Source: the human T2T-CHM13v2.0 reference genome, Homo sapiens. Taken from it: a stretch of 64,000 bases of DNA. Shown here piece by piece: positions 39,908 through 57,746 of the stretch. The notes beneath the pieces were generated by a model that was not told where the DNA came from, ran no database searches, and worked only from the letters and a program-made list of their open reading frames with translations. Numbering within the stretch: the stretch's first letter is position 1; every line of letters starts with the position of its first letter. Position numbers and translations under genes: made by a program. The stretch lies in the NCBI RefSeq assembly GCF_009914755.1, contig NC_060935.1. The stretch is one strand, 5' to 3'.

Positions 39908-41098
39908 CTGCACACAGATATTTATAGCAACGTTACTCCTAATTGCCAAAGTTTGGAAGCCATCAAGATGTCCTTCTGTAGGTGAATGCATAAATAAACT
40001 GTGGTACCTCTAGACAATGAAATATTATTCAGTACTAAAAATAAATGAGCTATTAAGCCATAAGAAAACATAGAGGAAATTTAAATGCATGTTATTAGGT
40101 GAAGGAAGGCAGTCTTTAAAAACTACCTAATTTATAATGTTAACTGTATGACTTTCTGGAAAAGGCAAACTATGAAGACGATAGAAGATTAGTGATTGCC
40201 AGGGATTGGTGGGATACTGTATGATACTATAAAGGTAGATTCATATCACTATGCCTTTGTTAAAGCCCATAGAACACACAACACAGAGAATGAACCCCAT
40301 TGTGATTTGTGTACTTTGAGTAATGATGTGTCAACATAGGTTCATCAACTGGAACAAATGTCCCACTCTGGTGGGGGAAGTTGATAATTGAAAAGCTATG
40401 CATGTGTCGGGGCAAGGGGCATATGGGATATACCTGTACTTTGCTCTCAATTGTTCTTTAAGCCTAAAACTGCTCTAAAACATACAGTATATTTTAAAAT
40501 AATTATCCATACATTTAAAAATTGAACCTAGTATGTGCCAACATAAATAACATATTTTATGAGAAGTAACTATATTTCTCTCCAAAAAAATGAATAATGC
40601 AAAAAAAGAGAAGGAATCCAAAGAATCCACAGTGACATTTTCTCAGTGGTTTGAAGCTTGGGCTAGTGATAAACCTATATTTAATGTTCTTTCACCTTCC
40701 CTAACCTGTCACTGTTTTAATTCTATATTGTTTTTAGACACGTTCGCCTGAGACTCCAGAAGGAAATGCTCAGACAATAGCAGATTTTTCATCCTCTGAG
40801 CAGTAGGCTAAGAAAAGCTGCAAGAAAGAAAGAGTAGCAATATACATCTATCAGCTGTCAGGAAGGCCTGTGGAGGGGGAGTCAGCTAGTGGACAGGTGG
40901 GCCTTTTCTTTTGCCGTTCTTCTATATTGAAGTTAAATATAATTATCATGGCTGACCCACAACCCTAGAATAGATCTGAAGTCAATATATTTTAAATATA
41001 ATTAATTTGGAAGCAGGATGTGATAGAATATTATATATTTTTTCAAAGAAAGGGCCTGAAATTAAATTCTGATGTTACTAGGGCTGGTTGATGTATTA

Positions 41099-41509
<411 letters not shown>

Positions 41510-43514
41510 TTAAGTGGGGGGTGGAGAGAGAGAGAGAGAGACTTAAATGTTATATGATATCAATAATATGCTAGGAGAGAGGACATGTTGACAGAAGTGA
41601 GGTAAATTAGAGAAATTTCTTCAACTTCAAATCCCAAGTCTGCTCAGATTTTATTTCTATCCCTTTTAATGCCTAGTCTCTTGATTACAGCCACTTCCCC
41701 ATGAAGGATTACTTTTATAATAGTAATAAGCTACACAAATTCATCTGCCTTCCAATTTATTGTACAGTATTGTATAGTTCCTCCTTTTATAACCAAAGCA
41801 CAGCTAAATTCTCAGGGCTGAAAATCTTCCCATGTAACCTTGTATTTTGTCCCATAAGCTCTGAACTCTGGGAATGAAACTTACAGCTCTGAGTCATATT
41901 CTTGGCACCACAAATTTAAATCTCTTTTCCTATTACAGTGCTTTAAATTCTAACTTGCTGGTGCATAGCAAGAATACATAAAGCCATTTTTTGAAATTCC
42001 AAGCACAAAGATATTACTTTTATGCCTCTGTCTCTCCTCAGTATAATGATTCCAACCAAGTAATGTGGAGATAGGCTAAAGCCACATGGAAATTTTTACC
42101 TATGTATTTGAATTGATATTCAGATGTTTCATGGCCCACTTCCATAAAATTTTAGGGAAGTGAAGCTTGCTAATATCCTTCAAGTCATAGTTGATTTCAG
42201 TGGAGCATATATGCTAAAAACTGTCAGGTTTGGAGATGTGTGCCCTTTTATTGGTAACATAAATGAAAAAAAAAGTTATTGTAGTCCAAATTTGCTATGT
42301 ACAGAAAAAATTCAGATTTCTGTGGAAATAATTGTCATCGTGTATTTATCTCTGATAGATCAATGAAAATACATTATTAGCTATCTAGCAATAAAATTGA
42401 TTAAAGTTGGGAGAAGGAGGGTGAATTTCAGAGAAAGCTAGAGGGGAAAAGTTAAAATGAAAATAAAAGATTAATCATTTAGAGCATTAATTTTAGTAAT
42501 GTATACATTCAAAATTATGAAAAGCAGTAAAATAAAAAGTACAAAATTACAAATTATAAAATAAGAAGTTAAGTATTTTTAAAAGAAAGATAAATATAAT
42601 TAATAATAAGAAATAAATAATGTAAATGTGATTGAAGTAGTTAAGATAAGGACTTAAATGTAAGAATGTAACCAAAAAGTCAATGTTCTTATTCTTATCT
42701 CATCTAGAAAAGTTCCAAAAACAATTTGGACAAACAGAATTAGAACTCCATTTTGTTATGAAAGTGGGAAACAACTAAAATCTCTATAAGTCAGGTGAAA
42801 TGAGTGTTAAAAACAAAGATTGCATAAGGATAAATTTGGGGGAAAATGTAGAAACAGTATCAAAGAAACAGGACACTATGGCCACAGATTTCAGATTATA
42901 CTTATCAAAGATAAGAGTCTCCTTGAGGTGTACAGCATAAATTATTGATCATAATCCTAGAAATTAAATGCATCAGCTGATACCTATCACTTCCCTGGAG
43001 AATTATAGTTCTGAGAACTATCAAAGTTAGTAGTAAAGGAGAAATCCCAACAAAAAGACATGCTTAGAAAGCAATTAGTCTCTGAATAAGTCTTACATTG
43101 GATTCCATAAAGAAGGAAGTAGATATGCTTGATACAAGCCTCCAAGAAGTCCCACAGATTAGGAGCATCTGGATATATATCACATATAGAATATGTAAAA
43201 AGTATGGATAATTTATTCAATTGAAAATGAAATCACAAAAATGAAAAGTTAAAGTGCAAAAAGTGACACAATATGTTTGCAACATTGTCTCAAACAAATT
43301 TCAAATATAAAATAATGTTGACAGAAAAAATTTTGCCAATGTGTTAAATAACAAGGAATAGCTGAAAATAGAATTAGTCAACTGGAAAAAAATTGAAGAA
43401 ATCACCAAGAATTCTACAGAAAAACAAGAAAATGGTCACAATAGAAGAAAGTTTAAAAGATTAGAAGTTTAGAATTAAAAGGTCTATAATATGTCTTCAG
43501 AATTCTAGAGAATG

Positions 43515-43557
43515 TCAGCAAGATGGCCAATTAGAAGTTACTAACCTCATCGCCATC

Positions 43558-43615
<58 letters not shown>

Positions 43616-44880
43616 AAAAATGAATAAACAACTACATTCCAACCAAAATAACTAAGGAAGAGCTCCAGAAAACAGCAAAGGAGTAGCAGAAATCTTGTAG
43701 AGCACAGAAACCCAGAATGGCTGCAGGAAGAAGGAGAGAAAACACCTTTCTTCCATCACCCCTTCCCCCAGTTAGAACCAGCTCTGAGTCAGGAGGGCCT
43801 TCTTCCTACAGGGAAAAGGTTAGTGACAGGATCCCAGCAGCTCCCATCACCACCATAGACACCTGCAGTCTTACTACTGGAGACACATAGAGTCTTCACA
43901 GGCTCTGAGCTCAGCTGACAGAGCTACCTGAAGTCCACATGTCTGTTCTATCCCAGAGGAGGAGCTGACACTGTGCCCTGGCCCCCATGGCCTGAGTTGC
44001 TACTGTGCTGCCCCTTCTTGGAACTGAATCACTGGCTAGAGTGCATTCTGCTTCAGGAGTGAGTAGCCATTGCACCCCTCCATCTCTGAGACTTAACCAC
44101 CACTACACTATGCACACGCGGAAGCCATACCTGAGCCAAACTGCTGCTATCTACTCTCTACTCCCTGAGGCCAGGCTCCCATGGAACTGCTCCATGCCCC
44201 CATCTTAGTCGCTGGTGCACCCTGCCCCTCCAAACTCAAGTTGAAACTGTGCTCCACTCTCTGGGCACCCATAGCTTTGATTGAGCTACGTCACCCCACC
44301 ATCCAGGCAAAATAGCTGCAGTGCCCCACCTCCCCGGAACTGACCTGTCCCCTGGAGTCCAAGCTTCTGAGAAACCCTGACTCCCCAGGGGGTCATTTCT
44401 GCACCTGCTCCAAGAAACCCAAGGAAAAAGCTACAGACAGGCCTAGTCATTCCTGAGGCCTTGCTGCTGCTACATCCAGCCTTACACAGCCTGGGATATT
44501 GCCATGCCCTACCATCCCAGGGTCTAGAGTTAACACTATGTGGCACTCCATCCCCCAGGGTTGGAATTGCTGCTATGCCCGATTGTCTCTGGAACCAAAA
44601 TTTCAACAGTAACCTGCTCCCCAGAGCTCAAGCCTCCAAAGCACCCCTCTTTCCCTGGAGCCTTGATGATGTTGTGCACTGACCCCAGAATCAGTCTCAA
44701 TTCCATCCCTGCTCCATGGGCTTGAGTTACTGAGGTGTGCTTTAGAGTTACAGCCTTAGCTTTGTGGGTAACCTGCATCCAGCCACAACTGGGTGAGTGA
44801 ACCTGTGCCATATGCCACAGCAGTTTTGCAAGACCCTGAGCCTAGGACCTCAGCTCGCACTGCCACTATGCCTGGAATAC
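43515..44880 (+). mobile_element. Old L1 5'UTR-like region
   Basis: CAAGATGGCCAATTAGAAG start and C-rich degenerate repeats typical of L1M 5' ends; approximate. Confidence 0.5.
43559..43614. repeat. (AC)n microsatellite
   Basis: About 28 perfect AC units. Confidence 0.97.
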
Positions 44881-44884
44881 CTGT

Positions 44885-45950
44885 GCCTGGAAGGCACAAG
44901 CTGTAAACCTTGGTGGAATCCATGTGTACAGGCTCACAGACTGCAAGAGATGTAGGGGCATGGCTTTCTCCACCTAGGATCAAAGAATATCACATATAGC
45001 TATGGGAGTGGAGCCACTTCTAAGAGCCTCTATTAGGGCAAAGCTGAGTGGGAATGCGGAGTCAGAGCCAACACAGAGAGTCCCAATTAGGGATATGCCT
45101 AGTGGAGCCTTGGGAGTGGGGCTACCTTTGAGATCTCAGAACTATAAGGCCACTAGCATGCAACTCCAACCTAACAGAGCTGAAGCACGGACTGAGTCCA
45201 GCAAAGATATGGGAGCAGGGTCATGTCTGAGGGCCCCAATCAGCACTCCCAGGATTCAGGACATGGAGTCAAAGGAAATTATTCTCCAGATTTAAAACAT
45301 AATTCTGTTTTCTCTGTTGGATTTTGGACTCACTTGAAACCAGTTATGCCTTTTTCTTGCCTGGCTCTCTCTTTTGAACTGAGACAGTCTACTCTATACC
45401 TATCTCACCATTATATTTTGGAAACAAATCACTGGTTTTGATTTCACAGGCTCACAGCTGGAAACATTTGCCTCCAGATAAGTCATACCTTGAATCTCAT
45501 CCATATCTGCTTCTGATGACTCTGGACTTAGAACTTTAGACTTGATGCTAGAATGGGTAAAAACTTTTGAGGCTATTGAAACAGAATTATTGTATTTTGT
45601 ATGTGAGAAGAACATGAGTTTTGGAGGGTCGTGGATGAAATGCTATGATTTCACTGTCCCCTCTAAAACTCATGTGAAAACTTAATTGCCATTGTAACAG
45701 TTTTAAGAGGTGTGACCTTTCAGAGGTAATTACACCCAGAGACCTTCATCCTCGTGAATGGATAAATGTCATTATCATGGGAGAGGGTAAGCTATGGCAG
45801 GAGTGGACTCCTGATAAAGAATAAATTTGGCCCCATCTCTCTCTCTTTGCTTTGTGCACTCACTTCCATCTTTTTCCATGGGATCACCCTCACCAGAGGT
45901 TTATGTCATACATGCCCTTAGACTTCCCAGCCTCTAGAACTATAAGAACT
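44885..45950 (+). mobile_element. MST (MaLR) internal fragment plus LTR (LTR from 45641)
   Basis: GCCTAGTGGAGC..GACATGGAGTCAAAGGA..GTATGTGAGAAGAACATGAGTTTTGG, then TGCTATGATTT..CCCCTCTAAAACTCATGT..GACTTCCCAGCCTCTAGAACT. Confidence 0.8.
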
Positions 45951-46374
45951 GTAGAACTGCAGCAGATACATGAAAGATAAAAAAAATTAAAAGCTTAGTA
46001 CTTCATAAAAGTACCTAACCACAAAGGGAGACAAGAGATGAAGAAATAAACAAATATCTACAAAAACAACCCCCCCCCACCCAAATAACAAAATGGCACT
46101 ACTAACTACTTACCTATTAATAATAACCTTAAATATAAAGGAATTAAATTCTTCAATCACAGAGTGGCTGAATTTAAAAAAAAAAACAGATCTATATGCT
46201 ATAAGAGTCTCACTTTAGCTTTAAGAAAAAACACAGGCTGAAAGTGAAGGGATGAAATACTCCATGCAAATAGTAGTCAAAGGAGAAGGACTGCCTGTAC
46301 TTAGGTCAGATAAAATAAACTTCTAATCAAAAACTGTCAAAAGAGGCAAAGAAGGTCATCATTTAATGAGCAAT

Positions 46375-47172
46375 TGAGCATACAGTGTAGGTAACAGAAG
46401 GCATTAATGACAAACTACCAGAAGTTTTTGAGACAGGGTCTCACTCTATCACACAAGCTGGAGTGCAGTGGCGTTATCATGACTCACTGCAGCCTTGACC
46501 TCAGCCTCCAAAGTAGCTGGGATTACAGGTGCACACCAGCACACCCAGCTAATTTTTGTGCTTTTTGTAGAGACAGAGTTTTGCCATGTTGCCCAGGCTG
46601 TTCTCAAATTCACAGGGTCAAGCAATCTTCTTACCTCAGCCTCCCATAGTGCTTGGATTATAGGTGTGAGCCACAGTGACTGATCTTAAACCTCCAGATT
46701 TTTAACACGGACAAAGTAATTAATTGTTGGGCTTTCAACAGGGAAAGGACACTTGCAGTTTCATAGCCTTCTTAGGGTTCCTGTTCCCTTTAGATCTTGC
46801 CACTCTTGATTAGCGACTACTTGTAGGGTTGTGAAATAATCTCCACATACTGTCCCTTGCACCACCTTACTTTTTTGAAAGAGAAATTTTGAGGAAGACT
46901 GGATATCTTCTATTTAGGTATTCAAATGTTTGAAATAAATTGTCTCCCTTCCGGGACAAGTTGGTAAATGATCAAACTATGGGCTTTTTTGTAATGACTT
47001 TAAGCCCAGAGGAGGACAATTCTCCCAAGTTTAACAAAATTGGAAGGTATGTATTAAATTTAAGACCAAAAATAAGGCCTGCTATTTTATTTTATCTCTT
47101 TGCTCTATATCTAAAATTTGTGTTCTGCTCACAGGATGCTAAAGTCTACATATAGGTCTCAATATACCTAAA
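46375..47172 (+). repeat. Low-copy repeat, copy A (interrupted by an Alu at ~46423-46693)
   Basis: Reverse complement of 51050-51580 and direct copy of 57870-58089. Confidence 0.88.
46423..46682 (-). mobile_element. Alu (AluJ-like, internally deleted)
   Basis: TTTTTGAGACAGGGTCTCACTCT..TGTAGAGACAGAGTTTTGCCATGTTGCCCAGGCTG. Confidence 0.88.
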
Positions 47173-47174
47173 TA

Positions 47175-50050
<2,876 letters not shown>

Positions 50051-51049
50051 GCCCTATAGATTCACATCCAAATTCTAACACATGTACAAAGAAGTGTTTA
50101 TACCACAGAAGAGCTAATAAATACCAAAGAGCTAATCCTACTGAAACTATTCCTAAAACATAAGGAGGATTCCTCCCTAACTGATTCTTTGCAAAATGTC
50201 AACCATGAACCAGCCTTACGACCTATCCCTTCCATTCCCAGATACATACAAAGAGAAATAAAAACATATGTCCACACAAAAACTTGTAAAATGAATTTTC
50301 CTAGCAGTATTACCTATAATAGTCAAAAGGTGCAAACAACCCAAATGTCCAACAACTGAGGAATGAATAAATGTGCAAATAAAAGAGTTCTTCTATTCGC
50401 CAGACTAGTGTAGTGGATCCTCTTAAGCAAACGAGTTCTGGAATTAAATTACCCGGATTTAAATTTTGGCCCTGCCACTCCTTACTCAAGTTAATTAATC
50501 TTGTGTTTCTGTAACTCTACCCTGTGAATAATACAGCATATCTCGTAGAGAAATTTAATGATGAAATAGCACACGTAAACATTTCAACCAGTTCATGTCA
50601 CTTAATAAATACTAACTACCTATTGACTATTATTATTGGTCTTCCTACTATCACTTACTCATTTCTGGCTTGAAGTATAAAACATAAATTTCCTCTAACA
50701 CTTCCTACCACTCAAGGACATGCTAAAGAGGGGCTTTATTCCTGGCATGACCCTGCTCCAACCTGTCCTGTCTTGGGGGAAGTGAAAAAGCAGAAAGGAG
50801 GGGTCTATATAACTGGTGAGAGCATGTTATTCATGGTACCGTGTTGTCAGAGGTTGACTCTTCCTCTCTTTTGCAGTTTGTCTCAAAGATTGGTCAGAAG
50901 AGTCAGGGTTGTGCTTGTTTTTGCTCTCATGGACTAGGTAGATACAAGACTATGTAGAGGTGGGCCAAGAGGCCCTCCTCTTCCTCTTGTAATCTCTGTT
51001 CTAATGATAATGGAGTTTATGAGGTGACTTACATTTACATTTTATTGAG

Positions 51050-51706
51050 TAGGTATAATCAAACCTATAAGTAGACTTCAGCATCCCCTGAACAGAATAC
51101 AAAATTTAGATTTGGAGCAAACGAATAAAATAAAATAGCAGGCCTTATTTTTGGTCTTAAACTGAATCCATACCCTCAAATTTTGCTGAACTTGAGAGAA
51201 TTGTCCCCCTCTGGGGTTAATTTTGAAGTCACTATAATAAAGCCCATAATTTGATCATTTATCAAATTGTTCCAGCAAAGAGAAGAGGTAATTTTTATTT
51301 CAAACATTAGAAGACCAAATTAGAAGATATTCAGTCTTCCTCAAAATTTATCTTTCAGATAAAGGAAGGTGGCACAAGGAATATTATGTGGAGATTACTT
51401 CAGAACACTACAAGCAGTCCCTAATCAAGAGAGGCAAGAGCTAAAGGTAACAGGAATGCTAAGAGGGCTATGCGACTGCAAATGTCCTTTCTTGGTAGAA
51501 GGCCCAACAATTAGCTCAGTTGTCTGTGTTAAATGTCTGGTAGTTTGTCATTGATACCTTCCGTTACATACCTTCTATGCTCCATCAATCATATTCTAAT
51601 TCTACGCAACCATTTTTTAACTCTGTATTTCTCCCATCTCCTCGTGCCAAGCCATCATCCTATTTTTATCAGGAGTATTGCTTACAGCCTCTGAATGTTC
51701 CCCGGT
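51050..51706 (-). repeat. Low-copy repeat, copy B (inverted relative to A and C)
   Basis: For example, AAATAAAATAGCAGGCCTTATTTTTGGTCTTAAA is the reverse complement of copy A TTTAAGACCAAAAATAAGGCCTGCTATTTTATTT. Confidence 0.9.
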
Positions 51707-52280
51707 GTCCATTTGTAGCCTTGGATGTTCAACCCACCCCTGACTTTGTAGCCAAATGATCAAATGCAAAGACAACTGTGTCACCCTCCCCTTTAAAGTC
51801 CTTTCTTTGCATTTCACCACCTTTAGTATAAAGATAAAAATTTAATGTTGTTGATATTGCTGCTACTTCAACCCATATCTATTATCGTAGCCTTACCTTG
51901 AATTTCTCCTTTTTATTTTTTAAAGCCCCAAGTATATTGGACTTATTTAAGTTGTTCTAAAGTAATTTCATTCCTATATTGAGACATTTGCATATGTTGA
52001 GCCCGTTTGCAGGAATGTTCCACTCCCCCGGCCATGACCACCTTACAAGAATAGCAACAAACCCACCACAGCATCTAATCTTCTCACACACTAACAGTTT
52101 TGCATAGTTTCTGTCTTCTCTCAGACACCATTCTCCTACAGCCCCCATTTCCCGCATGTGGATTACTCAACCTCTAGTGGTAACTAAGGATTTAAGAAAT
52201 CTATGTTATTTTCCTTTTACACCACAGAAACCAAAGTTATTTTGAAAGAAACTGAAGATAATTCTTCTTAGTCCATCTAA

Positions 52281-52612
<332 letters not shown>

Positions 52613-54246
52613 TATTCTTTAATGTAAGGGAAACTCGGCCTCAATCTCTCACGCACACCTTCAGACTGAGAATTTAGGACATGTTGGGTCTGTCTTATCA
52701 AACACACTTGGTAGTTCTCCCTCTGTGTTTAGTGCCTCTCGGGTAAGGCTGTAAGCTTCCTGAGGGCCGAGCCATTATATCAAATTAAGGCTTATAATTG
52801 ACTCTTATGATTTTCCATAATTCTTTGGTAACATAGGTCAGGTTCTGGTCATTCAAGGCTGGTGCTCTGTCTTTATAAGACATTCTTGACATAAATTTAT
52901 ATAACTGCCTCCTATCTTTACACCACAGAAATCCATGTGTTAATTATCTAGGGTAGATAAGGTCCCCAAGGAAAGAAAGCGTGTGTTTACAAGACTCCAC
53001 TTCTCTACAATCAAAATATATATTTTTTAACTGCAGAGAATATTGGATACATATGAGGGAGGGACATTTCTTTCAGGTTGGAGAAGAATCTAAACCTTGG
53101 TTTTGCCACATCACCTATATGCATCAGGTTCTTGACAACTACAATGTCTTCCCCGCCCCTCCTCCCCACCCCGGATAAAGAGGTGGGGTAACCTAGACCA
53201 CCCTTCCCTCTTCTATTGGCCCCAGTCTCCTTGTGGATCAGCAGCACCAGCAGTCTCTTGTTTCCTCATTTTTATGTCACCATCCCCCTTATGGGTCACA
53301 ACACAAGAGAGCATGAGGAGAGTGGTATACACGGTCATCCCCTTTTTCTTGGCAGAGTTATCAAATAGACTAGAAACCCAAAATGAGGCCTGAATCTGGA
53401 TGGTTTTTAGGAGGATGATGGGGATGCAGAAATGGTGGCATGGGAAGGGAAAAGGGGGAAAGGCCTGGGCTAGGAACCAAGAATTCTGGGTTTTTTGCTC
53501 CTAGCCCTTTTGTTAACTTGTGTGATTCTAGGTACATTATTTCCCTTTTCTGGATTTCATTTACTTCATCTGGGGAAAGATTACAATGACTACGACTACT
53601 TACAAGCTTCTTTCTTATCCTAAGAATGCTAAAAGTCTACAAGATGTTTTTCATTTGCAGATTTTATCATGAGCAGCCTCAGTTTACTGCCTGGGTGCCA
53701 CATGAATAGTGCCAAAGACCACTGGAGAACTACGTCAGGCCACAGCCCATCTAAATGTACAAGGCTGGGGACCCTGCCTGTGCCCTACTCCATGTACACC
53801 AAATTCTGCACGTGCTAGATCTTTTCTTAAGTCTTGAATTATAAAAATAACCAGTCAGAGACAAAGAATAAAGACCATGGAAGAAGTGCATTAACAGTAG
53901 ATGAGGTAATTAATCAAAGTTTAAAATGTTGCTTACAGTGTTTTGGTATCCTGAGAACTTACGGAACAAAAGTAACTAAAACAACTTCATCCAGCCTCCA
54001 GTGTCAGCCTTTAGGAGGCTTTTCTAACTCCCATCAACTGTAGCGAAGACTGTTCCTCAACCACCCACAACCCTCACCAAATGCATATTTAAATGTGCAC
54101 TCAATCCACCCCAACCCTGACTACCAGCTTGGGTCATGGGAAGTGACCTCATTTTTTTTTCTCACTCCACTCCCAGAAATCCTAAACCCAGGAAATGAAA
54201 CAAACTATCAGTCCGAGAGCCTAGGAAGGCAAGTCCCTGGACCTAC

Positions 54247-54380
54247 CTTTCTTCAGGCCTGCAATGTCTGCTGCAGGTCTGATGAGTGCAGGGCTCTGGG
54301 CAAGTTCCTCAAAGTTCTTTGTTCCAGACACAGTCAGCTTCCCCCACTCCACACCTCACTCAGTTTAAATCTGCACTCCT
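54247..54380 (-). other. MS4A4E: MS4A4E exon 1 (non-coding; upstream boundary approximate)
   Basis: Reads ACT CAT CAG ACC TGC AGC AGA CAT TGC AGG CCT GAA GAA AG|GTAGGT = (T)HQTCSRHCRPEE(S), homologous to MS4A4A MHQTYSRHCRPEES and in phase with exon 2. Confidence 0.85.
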
Positions 54381-54455
54381 TTTCTAGTAGATGTTTGGAA
54401 CCTTAAAGGATGTGTTGAGAACTTCTGAGACACACAACTAGTTCCTCTTTTTTAT
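54300..54455 (-). promoter_or_regulatory. Putative myeloid promoter with PU.1/ETS motifs
   Basis: Minus-strand AAAAGAGGAACT (54440-54451), GAGGAACT (54303-54310) and GGGGAAG (~54338-54344) around exon 1; no obvious TATA box. Confidence 0.6.
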
Positions 54456-55039
54456 CGGAAGCATTAACTGATTTTGCGTTCCCAATATGGGTGTGGACGT
54501 TTATTTTGAAATTTGCTGAAAAAGCAGTGGCTGCCTGATACAGTCTTTCCTATGAAAATAATAGTGCTAATTACTGTGGGTATCAGTGGTGGAGGATTTT
54601 CTGTTTGCCAGACTCTGCTCAAAGATTGTTATATACACAACTAAGTAAATGGTAATTTATAAATGCCCCCTTTCACAATTTCACACATTTCCACAGTACT
54701 CTTCTTCCCAGAGAACTACTGTTACTATTGTATTAGGTTGGTGAAAAAGTAATTGTGCCTTAATATACACAACTTAAATATCTTATTTTCATGATATTTC
54801 ACCTTTGGAGGTTCAACATGAATAGCCATAAAATGGGAACAAGTTGGTTGTACAGCAATAATTAATACAACACCTTTCTAAGTCAAAGAAGCAGCTGGTA
54901 TCATAGAACAAGCTGGTCTTTGACTAAGACAAACCCAATGGCAATCATTTCTTGTATGACCTTGTTAATCCCCTGAACCTGATTCATTGGTAAAATAAAA
55001 TAATGCCTTCTTTACATGGAGGAAAGCAAAGTGGCATGC

Positions 55040-56270
55040 AATTTTCATTCACTCAGCATTTTCTTAGAGAAAAGCTACTATAAGCCAAGCAGTGTGCCAT
55101 GTGCTTCAGATAAAATGGTGAAAAATGATTTTCGCTCAAGGATTTTATAGGCTACTTGACAATATAGACAAGTAAATAAATCACCCATTATAATCAGTTA
55201 CCTGCAAGGTAAAGTGGCAATGCTGATGAATAAATAAATCATTACAACCCATTATAATCAGTGATCTGCAAGGTAAAATTGGATATCCTGAGAGAGCTCA
55301 TAGGAGGATCAAAGAACTCAACGTTGGGTAGGCAGAGGAGACTTCCTAGATAAAGGGACATCTAATTGGAGACCTGATGAATAAGCAAAAGACACACAAA
55401 TGGAAGAAGGATGGAGCTAGGTAACATTATTATTCCCATTTTCCAGAAGATGGAACTGAAACTCAGAGATATTCATATAGCTGGTATAGATGAGATTGAA
55501 ATCCAGTTTTGCCTAATCCCAAAAACTTTGTTGTCTATAATCTGAAATTATTTTAATTCTCAGAATTAAATGGGTTATATTTCAGAAATATTGTCCTGGT
55601 TTTCATGTAAAGCAACAATAGGAATAAATAATACTGAAATCAGGGAGTTAGGGTTAAGAAAGAGGCAGTTCTCTAGGGAAGGGATGATGGTTACTGAACT
55701 ACCTATGATGCTAGTGAAGTTGGAGAGAATGAATGGATTTGAAAGATGTTTAGGAACGAGAAATGACAGTACTTGTTGATATAATGGATGTGTAAATCAG
55801 GAGAGAAAACAGGAAAGGATGGCGCTCAGATTCTGGGTTAGGAAACTGAATGAATGATAGAGCCATTCAGTAAGGCAATAGACATGGACCAAGACAGAAC
55901 TGCAGGAACAAAGAGTAAGACTTGGAGCATATTTAATTTGAATTGTGTGGGCACCTTCAAATAAGTTTCACAAAAGTTGGATAACTGGCAGGAGCTAGGG
56001 AATGAGAACATGGCTGTAGAGGTAAACCCAACAGCTCTTCACCCAGAGGGATGAGGTTACCCAGGCTTGTGGGAGGAGGCAGAAAAAATCAGACCCTTTT
56101 TGCTAGAGAATAGAAACAGTATTATCAGAAATAAGGGTTTCCAGAGGATGGCAAAAAGAGATTAAAGAAGATAACAGGCAAACTAGGAAAATGTGGCATT
56201 ACAGAAGACAAAGGTACAGAGTTTCATGACTTTATAAGAGAGGTTGAAATTCTAGACTAAGAACAGATGT
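55040..56270 (-). mobile_element. L2 fragments (with MIR piece)
   Basis: TTCATTCACTCAGCATTT..AAGCCAAGCAGTGTGC end motif followed by purine-rich L2-like body; approximate. Confidence 0.6.
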
Positions 56271-57746
56271 CAATCTTACCTCCTCTTCCATATAGTGTGA
56301 AGTGAGATATTATTAGTGTTATTCTTAGCAGACAAGTGATTGAGGATTTATGGTGATATAAAGAACAATAAAATTGAAATTTGACAGAGAAACATAAATA
56401 GAATCACCCTACCTCTAAATAAGCATAGGACAAAACTAACTACTATACAAATAAAAGCAAATAAAAAAGAGCTCAAGTTCAGTGTCAAAACAACAAGCAG
56501 CAGAGTAGGTCAGAGCCCAGAGCAGTTGTTAATTAATTTTTAAAATTATATTGGAAAAGCGGGGTCAGTTGTTCCTCTGTCCCTCACACAGGCATCACCT
56601 AACAAGGTAGTTTATCCCCAAACCAAAATATGAGAACTGTTTTATGAGCAAAAAACCAAACCAAAAAACTGTTTTAGGGTTCTGCTCTAGACAAGTATAT
56701 AGAATGTGAGTGCCAGCTCTGAGTAAAAAACAGGAAAGAGACAAGAATTAAGGTCTAAGCTTCCATTCACAAGGTATAAAGGAAAAGCAAAAAGCAGAGA
56801 ATATTATGGAATTGATTCCCAAATGAAAGTCCTGCGCTCACTCTTTAGAGCTGGGATCCTGATGATGAAGACACAGAGGTCACCTTAGTCTGGAGAAGGA
56901 AGGGGCTTTCTCTCAACTACATCACAACCAATCTGTATGTATAACCTGGCTTTATGCCCCCTCTTCTCTCACAGTCACCCGATGTAAGCTATGGTAAGCA
57001 AGACCTACATTCCCTGACATGATAGGAGAAATTACCAAATGAAAGTGTAAATGAACACTGAATATTTAAGAAAATCAATATCGTAAAACAGAGAAACCAA
57101 ATACAACAAACAAATGAACAAACGAAAAATGTTTTCTATTTTTTTGATTGAAGGTTCTATATACCCCTTTATTGCATTATTTCTCCCTCTAATTAATTTT
57201 AGTACTTATAAAGTCTTTCATTGTGTGTTCTTGTAATCCTAAAAATTAAAGCATGTGTATTTGATTTATCAAATTCTAATAACATTTAGAACATTTATTT
57301 CCTCCAGGAAAGTCAATAGTGTGATGGTAGATTTAATCCCAAATATATAAATAAATACGTCATATGTAATAAAATACAAATATTTCAGATAAAATTTTAA
57401 AAGGTCAAAACTGAACTAATTACTGTTAAAAAGAAGTAAATTTTAATGCATACAAAAACTGTAAAGTACAAGGATGAGAAATGATATATCGAGCAAACCT
57501 TAACCCAAAAAAAACTGATCAGAGAAAATTGACCTTAGAGCAAAATATGTTACTGATGAGCAAAGGGATTAATTTTTAATTATAAAAATAGTACAATCTT
57601 CAGAAAGATGTAATCATTTTAAGTGTGTATATATTTAATAACAGAACCTCTAAATATACATAGCAAAAATTGACAACCCACAGAATATTAGATAATATTT
57701 TAATACATGTAATTAAGAAAGGATATATATCCAGAATACATAAAAA

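Noticed and set aside
54731-54765. MADE1/Hsmar1 TIR-like 35-bp remnant near the promoter
   Set aside because: Too short and partial to call confidently or assign function.
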